Shown in pieces: positions 15,265-23,788 of a stretch of 32,000 bases of DNA (the first letter of the stretch is position 1; each line of letters begins with the position of its first letter). The DNA is from Candidatus Saccharimonadota bacterium (GTDB lineage Bacteria > Patescibacteriota > Gracilibacteria > UBA1369 > 2-02-FULL-48-14): assembly GCA_041661045.1 (NCBI GenBank), contig JBAZVE010000001.1, positions 270,001 to 302,000 on the forward strand, given 5' to 3'. The translations under genes and the position numbers were made by a program. The notes under the pieces were generated by a model that saw only the letters and a program-made list of their open reading frames with translations, did no database searches and had not been told where the DNA came from.

Positions 15265-17328
15265 TTAGCGGTAGAGCAGCTGAATACGAAGATCATTTTG
15301 AAGTGGGCCGGAAAGCGCATAGTCCATCCCATCCACAAAGTCCGTGGCGATGGGGTATGAGGACAGCAGAGTTTCGGATAAGGCGGTGACTGTTTTTTCA
15401 AATGAGATGCTTTTAAGTCCCGGCTGTTTGAACAATTCAAAATTGTATTCCTCAAAATTGCCTTTGAAATTCCATGGGTTTGTGAAAACGATGGTGAAGC
15501 TTTTTGTTTCACCGGGGTTCACCGTTTGTTCCACAAAATAATAGGAGAGATCCTGCTCCGGATCGTAGAAAAACTGCACTTCATCTCTCAAAATGCCTTC
15601 CGTTGAAAGAATGCTGGCGCCCTCGGGGACATAAAGACGGATTCCGGAGTGATTTGCCGCGTTTCCAAGAACCTGTTCAAGCCCCGGATTCCAGGCCGTG
15701 AAACCATAAGAAGCCAGGGTGTTTTTGAGCCAAGCTTGCGTGCCTGCGGTAAAAGAATGTGTGCGCTCCACCGTGATGGCGTTAACCGTGCTCCCATCTT
15801 CATTGATTTGAGTGTCGTGTTGAAGATGCGTCTCCATGTATCGATCGGTCTTATTCCCACCGATATTGGTGAACACCGGCATAAAAAAGTCGTGATCCAA
15901 TTCGGCGAGAGGTGGGAGGTCTCCCGTCATTCCCATGGAGCTGAAAAGTTCCTGAACCAACGGGTCTCGGTGGTAAAAAAGAATCTGTTTTTTATGGGCT
16001 TCTTCCAGTGCCGTTTGCGCAACCGCGGTTTTCACAGTGACGGGTTCCAGTTTTTCCATGAACGCCTCCAAGAGTTCACCCAAAATAGCCTTTGGACTCT
16101 CCTTGTCCACTTTGGCTTCTACTATCGTGCTGATCACCACGGGCAGTGTTTCCGCCGTGAGTTCCTTGCTTAAAGAGTTGAGTTTGAGCGGACCCGTGTC
16201 TTCCAAAAAGGCTTGTGCAGCGGACAAATTGAGGCCAATCACCCCATCCACCCCCTGGCCTCCTTCCTCTTGCAAAAACCACATGGCCTTTTCAGCAGAA
16301 ACGGGAAAGTCGGGTGAAATATTGCTGTCTCTCAAACGCCACTGTGCGGTGAGAGGGCGAAGCTCGTGCACGGGAACTTCTTGTGGAGTGAAGTAGACCC
16401 CATCAAAATCATAGACATCGTGAAAATCCATTTTGGTGAGATGTCCGTCGTTGACTTCCACAATAGCCAAACTTCCTATAAATCCACCACCCATGCGCAG
16501 TTCATCATTGTTTTGTAAAAGCACCAGATAATGCTGAGGGGTGTGGTCTCCCAGTGCGGTGAGAACAGGTTCTTTTGAGGACACCCAAAGATCAAAAAAG
16601 GAGGTGAGTGCGGTGAGTTTTTCTTGAAAGCCCGCGAACTTTTCCTGGTATTCGGTCCCCGAAAGGTCCACGGCGGACAAAAGTGCGTCGATTTGATGGA
16701 GTTTTTGTGCAGTGGGCTCAAGTTCTTCTTCAGATATTTTTCGGAGCTGATCGGTGAGTGAGGCGGCGGGGTCAAGAGCGGTGAATGCGGTGCGAGCGCG
16801 ACCGATGCTTTGCCCCACTTCGGTCATTAAAGATCCGGCATTCAGCAAGTTTTCCAAGCTCTGCACCTGTTTGGGCTGGGAGAGCCACGCGGAATCTCCT
16901 TGGAGTAAAAATGCTCCTTTTTCTTTTGCTTCTTCAAAAAGTTGCCCCGCTTGAGCAAAAAGAACCGCATCGGCTCCCTCTTCTCCATTGAGTATGGATT
17001 TACCGGCTCCCTGCAGGCTCACAAAGGCTTCCCCGGCAAGTGCCAGCGCTTCCGTGCCCTCTTGATTTCCAAGAAAAAAGACTTGTCCCAAATTGAGCGC
17101 AAAAATCATAACCAAGGCTGCGGCCACCATGGGCATTCGTCCAAGGCCTCTACGGTGCGGAGGCAGTTCACCCACAATGCAAATGCGCTTCAAATCCAGG
17201 CTCACTTCTTTGTGTGCTTCTTGTTTTTTTGCGCCATCCGTGTCCTTCAAATTGATGACATGTTTGGAAGGCTCCGGAAGTTCCGGCGGCAGAGGATTCT
17301 CGGGACCAATATTCAGTTGAGTGCTCAT
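15265..17328 (-). CDS. Membrane-anchored DUF4012-like envelope protein
   Basis: One N-terminal TM helix (MPMVAAALVMIFALNLGQVFFL). The core LVLLQNNDELRMGGGFIGSLAIVEVNDGHLTKMDFHDVYDFDG resembles the DUF4012 signature (QNNAE-R--GG). The ATG overlaps the upstream stop as ATGA. Confidence 0.7.
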   Translation of the reverse strand: MSTQLNIGPENPLPPELPEPSKHVINLKDTDGAKKQEAHKEVSLDLKRICIVGELPPHRRGLGRMPMVAAALVMIFALNLGQVFFLGNQEGTEALALAGEAFVSLQGAGKSILNGEEGADAVLFAQAGQLFEEAKEKGAFLLQGDSAWLSQPKQVQSLENLLNAGSLMTEVGQSIGRARTAFTALDPAASLTDQLRKISEEELEPTAQKLHQIDALLSAVDLSGTEYQEKFAGFQEKLTALTSFFDLWVSSKEPVLTALGDHTPQHYLVLLQNNDELRMGGGFIGSLAIVEVNDGHLTKMDFHDVYDFDGVYFTPQEVPVHELRPLTAQWRLRDSNISPDFPVSAEKAMWFLQEEGGQGVDGVIGLNLSAAQAFLEDTGPLKLNSLSKELTAETLPVVISTIVEAKVDKESPKAILGELLEAFMEKLEPVTVKTAVAQTALEEAHKKQILFYHRDPLVQELFSSMGMTGDLPPLAELDHDFFMPVFTNIGGNKTDRYMETHLQHDTQINEDGSTVNAITVERTHSFTAGTQAWLKNTLASYGFTAWNPGLEQVLGNAANHSGIRLYVPEGASILSTEGILRDEVQFFYDPEQDLSYYFVEQTVNPGETKSFTIVFTNPWNFKGNFEEYNFELFKQPGLKSISFEKTVTALSETLLSSYPIATDFVDGMDYALSGPLQNDLRIQLLYR

Positions 17329-18680
17329 GGAAGCAGAGAAGTGCGAGTGAAGATTCCGTCGTCAAACGCCTTTCGCGTGGACAAAATGGACTTGAGGGTG
17401 GACAGGCGCTGCATCAGTATATGCTCTTCTGGGAAAAATGCACCATTTAAAATCCAAAATTCGTCAGATCCGGGGAGGAGAACGGAAATATCGGCCAAAT
17501 CTCTGTCTTCTTTTAAGCCGTTTTTTTTGTCTAGAGTCGCTGTCAAAAGGTCTTCTCTGGCCGCGATGATGAGTGCGTCCTCCGTAAAGCTGTGTGGCCA
17601 ACCCGTATTGGCGAGCAGTGCTTCCGCCTGCGCCCGTTCTCCCTCTTCCAGTTCCAAAATGAAGAGAAAGTCCTCCCAAGAGGTGAATCCAAAGTAAGTT
17701 TCTTTGTCCAGTAAGGTGAGAACCTGAGTCAGGTCTGCTCCCCCAAGATGTGTTCTGAGCTGCCGATCCAGACTGGATCCAAAAATGACTTGTTGCGCTG
17801 TGCCCAATTCCGTGAAAATTTCTTCCATGCGCACGATTTGAGCAGCCAAGTCGGTTGTGCCCCATTCCCAAGCGAAGTTTTGCGTCCATGGGAGGAATTT
17901 CTGCTCGTACTTTTTGTTGGGATGGAAATAAGCTCCGCGGATTTTCTTTTTGTCCACGGCAAGGAAACTTTCTGCAAACCAGGCTCCCGGCTCCATGGTG
18001 ATGCTGGCTCCCCATGCCGGGAAAATTTCCAGCAAGGATTGCAGTAAAAGAGGCTCGTTGATGCCGAGCGCTCGGAGCTGCACGCCCATTTCCGGAATGT
18101 TTGCCGTGAGATCAATGTAAACAAAGGCGCTGGCGGCTTGTTTTAACCGTGAGCGGACATTTTGATATTTTGCGGTGCTTTCCAAACTTGGACCGGCGGC
18201 CGCCACGGCCGCCAGCGCCTCTTCGGAACTTGAGAAAATAAACCACCGGCCTTGGCTCTGCATGCAGAGCGCCTCGAGTTTAAAGCACTGAATGTCTTTG
18301 TCCAAAATGCTGGGGGTCAGCTCTCCGCCTTCCACCAAGCCCGCAAAAAAATCCTCGGCCTCGCCCTGCACGGTGGTCTCCAAAAACTCCACCACGGAGC
18401 CATCCACCCAAGCCACGCCCAAATCTCGCCCCAACCAAGTCAGCTCGTCCAAAGGGGTTCCTAAAAATTCACTCATAAACTCCGATCGAATCGGCTCTCC
18501 CGATGCCTTGTAGTCCTCTCGGTTCACTATAAAAAATGCATCCGTTTCCGCCGGCAGAAGCTCCGCGATATTTCCAAGCGACCCATAACGAAACGCCAAA
18601 GAATACAAAAGCAGCCCGAGCAATAGAACCGTCGGCACCAGAATAAGTCCCTCCCCCAGCCATGCTTTAAATCGCTCCAT
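17325..18680 (-). CDS. Membrane-anchored hypothetical protein (possibly DUF3352-like), translationally coupled to the DUF4012-like gene
   Basis: 451 aa with an N-terminal TM helix (GLILVPTVLLLGLLLYSLAF). I recognise no catalytic motif. Confidence 0.7.
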   Translation of the reverse strand: MERFKAWLGEGLILVPTVLLLGLLLYSLAFRYGSLGNIAELLPAETDAFFIVNREDYKASGEPIRSEFMSEFLGTPLDELTWLGRDLGVAWVDGSVVEFLETTVQGEAEDFFAGLVEGGELTPSILDKDIQCFKLEALCMQSQGRWFIFSSSEEALAAVAAAGPSLESTAKYQNVRSRLKQAASAFVYIDLTANIPEMGVQLRALGINEPLLLQSLLEIFPAWGASITMEPGAWFAESFLAVDKKKIRGAYFHPNKKYEQKFLPWTQNFAWEWGTTDLAAQIVRMEEIFTELGTAQQVIFGSSLDRQLRTHLGGADLTQVLTLLDKETYFGFTSWEDFLFILELEEGERAQAEALLANTGWPHSFTEDALIIAAREDLLTATLDKKNGLKEDRDLADISVLLPGSDEFWILNGAFFPEEHILMQRLSTLKSILSTRKAFDDGIFTRTSLLP

Positions 18681-18687
18681 ATTTTGC

Positions 18688-18696
18688 AGAATACCA
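18688..18696 (-). promoter_or_regulatory. Extended -10 TGgTATTCT, 7 nt upstream of ATG 18680
   Basis: Minus-strand reading is gaaaTGGTATTCTgcaaaatATG. Confidence 0.4.
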
Positions 18697-18700
18697 TTTC

Positions 18701-18731
18701 TTGACCCGCTGAGCCACTTTCATGTTAAAAT
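18701..18731 (+). promoter_or_regulatory. -35 TTGACC (18701-18706) plus extended -10 TGtTAAAAT (18723-18731), 6 nt upstream of ATG 18738
   Basis: TTGACCcgctgagccactttcaTGTTAAAATccccgcATG. The spacer is long at 19 nt, but the extended -10 is good. Confidence 0.45.
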
Positions 18732-18737
18732 CCCCGC

Positions 18738-20366
18738 ATGATCAGCACTTGCAGCATTTCCGGTGAATCCTTCACGGTCGGCCCCATTGAACTCCAGCTG
18801 CGAGAAAAATTTGGGCTTTCGGACTCGCTGCCCACGGTGCTTCCCAAATATCGGTTTCAAGAATTGGGTGCTTTTTGGCCACACTGGAACCTGCACAAAC
18901 GGCGCTGCGATAAAACCGGCCGCCCCCTTGTTTCTATTTTTAGAGAAGACTGCGCCTATCCCGTTTGGCATCGAGATGAATGGGTGGCGCACGCCAATCC
19001 GCCTTCCCAAGATCCGGACTTTTCACGCCCCTTTTTTGACCAGGCCTGGGAACTTTTTCAAACCTGCCCCCTGCCCCACGCTTTTCAAAGCAACAATCAA
19101 AACTGCGAATACACGGATGACTGGTACTACAGTCGAAATTGCTACCTTTGCCACTCCGGCCAAGGCAACGAAGATTGTCGTTATTGCTACGGCTGTGACA
19201 GCATCAAAGACAATCATGGAACTGTGTTCTCCTTCGATTCCCAGCTGTGCCTCGACCTCATCAACTCCAGCGCTTGCTACAACAGTGTCTTTTTGCTCAA
19301 CTCAAAAGCCGTGCAGGACTCCGCCTTTTTGTACGACTGCCGGGACTGCAGCGACTGTTTGTTTTGTTTCAATTTGCGCAATAAAAAATATTGCTTTGCC
19401 AATGAGCAGCTCACAAAAGAGGAGTACGAAAAGAAGCGAGCGGAATGGAATCTTTCGTCTCACAAAAATTATGAAGCCGCCAAAGCTTTTTTTGCGAAGA
19501 TGATGAAAGAGCTGGCTTGGCATCGCGCCCTGCAGATCGACAAATGTGAGAATTCCACAGGGAACTTTATACGGTATTCCAAGGATTGTGAGAATTGCTA
19601 CTTGCTTTCGGAGCATGAGACCTGCGCGAATGTGGCCTTTTGCGGGCCCAAGGCTCGAACTATTTTGGATTCTTTGGGGACCGTGGGAAGTGAGCTCGTT
19701 TATATGTCCAGCCTGCCCTCTTATTCTTATGAAGCACGCTTTTGTTTCAGTACCCTGCACTCCCGATTCACTGAGTACTCCGCTTATCTGCAAAACTGCC
19801 AATATTGCTTTGGCTGCTGTGGCTTGGTGAACGCCAAATATTGCATTTTCAACAAACAGTATTCCAAAGAAGACTATGAACGGATCCGAGCTGAATTGGT
19901 GGAGCACATGAGAAAAACCGGTGAATGGGGGCGATTTTTCCCGGCTCATTTTGCCCCAAATCCTTACGAGGAGAGTTTTTCTGGATTTTATTTTCCGGTG
20001 GAACGGCCGTTGGAAAAACAGACCGTGGTGAAGACCGCTGAGCTTGAGGATATTCCCGATTCTGTTTTCTCACTTAGTGCTGCGGAGGAGACGGCCTTGC
20101 TTGCCCAGGTTTTTTGGGATGAGAGCTATCAAAGACCTTTTCAAATCCAGGCGGCGGACATTGAGTTTTCCAAAAAAATGAAGGTTCCTTTGCCCCATCG
20201 CTATTATGTCCAACGGATGCAAGAAAACCTCAAGTGGATGCCTTTTAATGGAGAGCTCCGAGAAACTGTTTGTGGAAAATCCGGGCGCCCCATCTTTACC
20301 AACTGGCCCGCGGACTACGATGGGCGAATTTTAAGTGAGGAGGAATATCTTAAGGTTGTGAAGTAG
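18738..20366 (+). CDS. Cysteine-rich protein, paralog of 432-2081 with degenerate terminal zinc-ribbon modules
   Basis: Colinear with 432-2081. Examples: DCRDCSDCLFCFNLRNKKYCFANEQLTKEEY vs NCIGCSDCFGCVNLRNKKYCIYNQQYSREEY, and CIFNKQYSKEDYERIRAELVEHMRKTGEWGRFFPA vs CILNKQYSKEEYEALMPRIVEHMKKTGEWGEFFPA. About 29 Cys. Confidence 0.8.
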   Translation: MISTCSISGESFTVGPIELQLREKFGLSDSLPTVLPKYRFQELGAFWPHWNLHKRRCDKTGRPLVSIFREDCAYPVWHRDEWVAHANPPSQDPDFSRPFFDQAWELFQTCPLPHAFQSNNQNCEYTDDWYYSRNCYLCHSGQGNEDCRYCYGCDSIKDNHGTVFSFDSQLCLDLINSSACYNSVFLLNSKAVQDSAFLYDCRDCSDCLFCFNLRNKKYCFANEQLTKEEYEKKRAEWNLSSHKNYEAAKAFFAKMMKELAWHRALQIDKCENSTGNFIRYSKDCENCYLLSEHETCANVAFCGPKARTILDSLGTVGSELVYMSSLPSYSYEARFCFSTLHSRFTEYSAYLQNCQYCFGCCGLVNAKYCIFNKQYSKEDYERIRAELVEHMRKTGEWGRFFPAHFAPNPYEESFSGFYFPVERPLEKQTVVKTAELEDIPDSVFSLSAAEETALLAQVFWDESYQRPFQIQAADIEFSKKMKVPLPHRYYVQRMQENLKWMPFNGELRETVCGKSGRPIFTNWPADYDGRILSEEEYLKVVK

Positions 20367-20382
20367 GGCTGCACAAAACAAA

Positions 20383-20411
20383 TTGACCTCTCTTGAGACA
20401 AATTGTACCCT
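20383..20411 (+). promoter_or_regulatory. Candidate alaS promoter: -35 TTGACC, 17 nt, -10 TACCCT, 6 nt to ATG 20418
   Basis: aaTTGACCtctcttgagacaaattgTACCCTacgagcATG. Confidence 0.3.
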
Positions 20412-20417
20412 ACGAGC

Positions 20418-22445
20418 ATGCTTACTGCTGCTCAAATTCGACGCCGTTATCTGGATTTCTTTGTCCACAAGCATGGACATGCGGAAATTTTGGGGGCGAG
20501 CTTGATTCCGGAGAATGATCCTACGGTGCTCTTTACCACGGCGGGAATGCATCCGCTGGTGCCGTATTTGATGGGAGAAAAACACCCGGCGGGAACGCGG
20601 CTCACCGATGTGCAGCGCTGTGTGCGAACGGGGGATATTGATGAAGTGGGCGACCCCACTCATCTGACTTTTTTTGAAATGCTGGGAAACTGGTCTTTGG
20701 GGGATTATTTTAAGGAGGGTGCCATAAAAATGTCTTTTGAATTTTTGACGAGTCCGCAAGAAGAAGGCGGGCTGGGAATTGATGTGAAAAATCTGGCGGT
20801 GACTTGTTTTGAAGGAGATGAAAATGCTCCACGAGATGAGGAGGCCGCCGGGATTTGGCGTGGGCTTGGCATACCGGATACCCGCATTGCGTTTTTGCCC
20901 AAAGAGGACAACTGGTGGGGGCCTGCGGGTCTCACCGGGCCCTGTGGACCGGACACCGAAATGTTTTACTGGACCGGAGAGGGCGAAGCGCCTGAAGTGT
21001 ATGATCCCAAAGATAAAAAATGGGTGGAAATTTGGAATGATGTGTTTATGCAATACAATAAAAATGAAGACGGTTCTTACACTCCGCTCGAACAGAAAAA
21101 TGTGGATACAGGAATGGGACTTGAGCGCACCACGGCCATTTTGCAGGGTAAAAAGAGCCCTTATGAGACTGAGCTTTTTGAGGCGGTGATGCAACGGATC
21201 CGAAACCTTTCCGTGGACGACAATAGTCCAACCAGCGAACGAATTGTGGCCGACCACATTCGTACCGCCACCTTTATTTTGGGGGATGAGCGAGGGGTTA
21301 CCCCCTCCAATGTGGACCAAGGCTATGTGCTTCGACGGCTCATTCGCAGGGCCATTCGACATGGACGCAAACTGGGAATTCAGGGCGAGTTCACTACGGA
21401 ATTGGCTCGACTTTATATCGGTCTTTATGGGGAAACCTACAAAGAGTTGGTGAAAAATGAAAAGCGCATTTTGGAGAGTTTGAAAAAAGAAGAAGAACAG
21501 TTCCAGGAAGCTTTGAATAGAGGCGAGCAGGAAATTCAAAAAGACACTGAACGGGTGAATGAGGCTTTGGCCATTTTAGCCAAAGAAAGTAAGGTCGCGT
21601 GGCTTGAAATGGCACTGAGCGCGCTGAGCCAAACGATTTCGGCGGGAGATTCTTTAAAAATTATGAATGAATCGTTACGGCCGGTTTTGGGAAAACTGCG
21701 GGCTGAGTTTAAAGCGGAGGCGGCTGAAAAAACCGTGGATGAGGCCGTGCTTAAACCTGTTCGTGAAAAAGCCAATGAACTGATTCAAAACAGTTGGGCT
21801 TTGCGAGGAGAGCGTGCTTTCTTCTACTTTGAAAGTTATGGTTTCCCCTTGGAAATGACCATGGAAATGATGCAAGAGCGAGGAGTCTTTGTGGACAAAG
21901 AAGGTTTTGAAAAGGCCTTTAAACAACACCAAGAAAAATCCCGTGTGGGAGCGGAACAAAAGTTTGCGGGAGGGCTTGCGGACCACAGTTTTGAGACCAC
22001 CAAACTGCACACCGCCACTCATTTGATGCTGGAGGCGCTGCGCCGTGTGCTCGGGAAAACCGTGGAACAAAAAGGCTCCAATATCACGCAAGAACGACTG
22101 CGCTTCGACTTCAATTATCCCGAAAAACTTACGCCGGAGCAGATTGCGGAAGTGGAACGGATTGTGAATGCGGCCATTGCGGCGGACCACCCTGTACACT
22201 TTGAAGAGATGACTGTGGAGCAGGCGCGCACCCTCAACGCCACCGGCGTGTTCATTGATAAATACGAAGGCGAACTGGAGGGCAAAGTGAAGGTTTACAT
22301 GATGGGCGACTATTCCAAAGAAATCTGTGGCGGACCTCATGTGGAACACACCGGCCTCCTCGCCGGACACTTTAAAATTGTGAAAGAGGAATCCAGCTCA
22401 TCGGGAATTCGACGAATTAAGGCGGTGTTGGAGCCGAAAGCTTAA
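20418..22445 (+). CDS. alaS: Alanine--tRNA ligase (compact form, about 675 aa)
   Basis: MLTAAQIRRRYLDFFVHKHGH...LIPENDPTVLFTTAGMHPLVPYLMG...RCVRTGDIDEVGD.THLTFFEMLGNWSLGDYFK. Editing-core motifs are HTATHLMLEALRRVLG and CGGPHV. It ends ...SGIRRIKAVLEPKA. The ORF track starts at a TTG at 20403, but ATG 20418 gives the canonical N-terminus. Confidence 0.93.
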   Translation: MLTAAQIRRRYLDFFVHKHGHAEILGASLIPENDPTVLFTTAGMHPLVPYLMGEKHPAGTRLTDVQRCVRTGDIDEVGDPTHLTFFEMLGNWSLGDYFKEGAIKMSFEFLTSPQEEGGLGIDVKNLAVTCFEGDENAPRDEEAAGIWRGLGIPDTRIAFLPKEDNWWGPAGLTGPCGPDTEMFYWTGEGEAPEVYDPKDKKWVEIWNDVFMQYNKNEDGSYTPLEQKNVDTGMGLERTTAILQGKKSPYETELFEAVMQRIRNLSVDDNSPTSERIVADHIRTATFILGDERGVTPSNVDQGYVLRRLIRRAIRHGRKLGIQGEFTTELARLYIGLYGETYKELVKNEKRILESLKKEEEQFQEALNRGEQEIQKDTERVNEALAILAKESKVAWLEMALSALSQTISAGDSLKIMNESLRPVLGKLRAEFKAEAAEKTVDEAVLKPVREKANELIQNSWALRGERAFFYFESYGFPLEMTMEMMQERGVFVDKEGFEKAFKQHQEKSRVGAEQKFAGGLADHSFETTKLHTATHLMLEALRRVLGKTVEQKGSNITQERLRFDFNYPEKLTPEQIAEVERIVNAAIAADHPVHFEEMTVEQARTLNATGVFIDKYEGELEGKVKVYMMGDYSKEICGGPHVEHTGLLAGHFKIVKEESSSSGIRRIKAVLEPKA

Positions 22446-23788
22446 ATCAAGCCCCCTTTCAAATAAAAAGTGTCGGCTTCGGTGACGCGGACGGTGGCGA
22501 GTTTGCCTAGGAGAGGGCGGTTGCTGCGGAACTCTATTTCTTTGAATTCGCGCGTGCGGCCACGGCAGCTTTGGCCGATTTGTTCGGTGACTAACACTTC
22601 CACCGTGCGGCCTATAAAAGCCTGGTGTTTTTTGTTTGAAATTGTTTTGAGCAGATTGTTGAGGCGATGCCAACGGGCTTCTTTGAGTTCGTGAGAAATG
22701 TCGTCGGGGAGGCTTTTTTGGGAATAGGTGCCTTTGCGGGGCGAGTAGCGGGAAATGAAGCAGGTGTCCCATTCCATTTCCTCATACATTTTGAATGTGT
22801 TTTCAAATTCTTCGTCTGTTTCGCCGGGGAAGCCCACAATGATGTCTGTGCTGATGGCACAGCCCGGAATGGCGGCCTGGATTTTGCGCATGATGGTTTG
22901 ATATTCCGGTGCGGTGTAGTTGCGATTCATGCGGCGAAGAATGCGGTTGTCGCCGGACTGGACCGGCATGTGAATGTAGGGACAAATGGTTTCGAGGCTG
23001 GCGAGCGTTTGGATGAGTTCATCGGTGAAATCGCGGGGGTGGGGCGAAGTGAAACGGAGACGGCTCAGGCCGGAGCTCTTTAGTTTGTCGATTTCGATGA
23101 GAAGGGCTGAGAAAGGGCTCTTGCCGTAGGCGGTGAATTTTCCGGATTTTTTGTCGTTGAAACTGAGCCCGTACGAATTCACGGTTTGTCCAACGAGGGT
23201 GATTTCGAGTGCGCCTTCTTCAACATGTTTCTTGCATTCGGCCACAATGTCTTCGAAGTCGCGACTCATTTCGCGGCCACGGGTGAAGGGCACGATGCAG
23301 TAGGTGCAGAACTTGTCGCAGCCGGTCATGATGGGCACAAAAACGCTGGCACCTGTGGATTTTTTGGGTGCGATTTTAAAGTAATTTTCTAGGGTGCCTT
23401 CGTCGATTTGATCGGAGAAATCGAGGCTTGAATCCACTTGTTTGAGCAGCTCCGGAAGGCGGGCCACTTCTTCAATTCTAAAAACAAAATCCACTTCCGG
23501 CATCCTCTTTAAAAGTTGGTCTTCTTGGGTTCCGGTGCTACGAATCATGCAGCCGGTCACGGCGATTTTTAGAGCAGGATTTTCTTCGTGGAGCTTGGCT
23601 AAAATTTTACGGAGCCCGTAGACCCTGTCTTCCGCTTTTTGCTTCACGCTGCAGGTGTTGAGCACCAAAAGGTCGGCGTGGTTTTGGCTTTCGGCTGTTT
23701 CGTAGCCCAGTCGCTCAAGGACGCTCGCGACCCTTTCGGAATCGGAGCTGTTCATGGCGCAACCGTAAGTCTGAATAAAGTACTTCAC
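22442..23788 (-). CDS. miaB: tRNA-i6A37 methylthiotransferase MiaB (radical SAM MTTase)
   Basis: FIQTYGCAMNSSDSERVASVLERLGY (MTTase N-domain), CDKFCTYCIVPFTRGRE (radical SAM CxxxCxxC) and a C-terminal TRAM-like segment. The GTG start overlaps the upstream stop as GTGA. Confidence 0.88.
   Translation of the reverse strand: MKYFIQTYGCAMNSSDSERVASVLERLGYETAESQNHADLLVLNTCSVKQKAEDRVYGLRKILAKLHEENPALKIAVTGCMIRSTGTQEDQLLKRMPEVDFVFRIEEVARLPELLKQVDSSLDFSDQIDEGTLENYFKIAPKKSTGASVFVPIMTGCDKFCTYCIVPFTRGREMSRDFEDIVAECKKHVEEGALEITLVGQTVNSYGLSFNDKKSGKFTAYGKSPFSALLIEIDKLKSSGLSRLRFTSPHPRDFTDELIQTLASLETICPYIHMPVQSGDNRILRRMNRNYTAPEYQTIMRKIQAAIPGCAISTDIIVGFPGETDEEFENTFKMYEEMEWDTCFISRYSPRKGTYSQKSLPDDISHELKEARWHRLNNLLKTISNKKHQAFIGRTVEVLVTEQIGQSCRGRTREFKEIEFRSNRPLLGKLATVRVTEADTFYLKGGLI

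Noticed and set aside
16942-17697. 251-aa plus-strand ORF spanning the junction of the two minus-strand envelope genes
   Set aside because: It is antisense to two genes that are translationally coupled. It has no motif support and a low-complexity composition.
20403-20417. TTG start for alaS at 20403
   Set aside because: ATG 20418 yields the canonical MLTAAQIRRRYLDFF N-terminus. It also sits 6 nt after a -10-like hexamer.
20331-21539. 402-aa ORF antisense to alaS
   Set aside because: It lies entirely inside the strongly supported AlaRS coding region on the opposite strand. Its composition is biased and it has no recognisable motifs. It is a typical shadow ORF. The same reasoning applies to 21675-22370.
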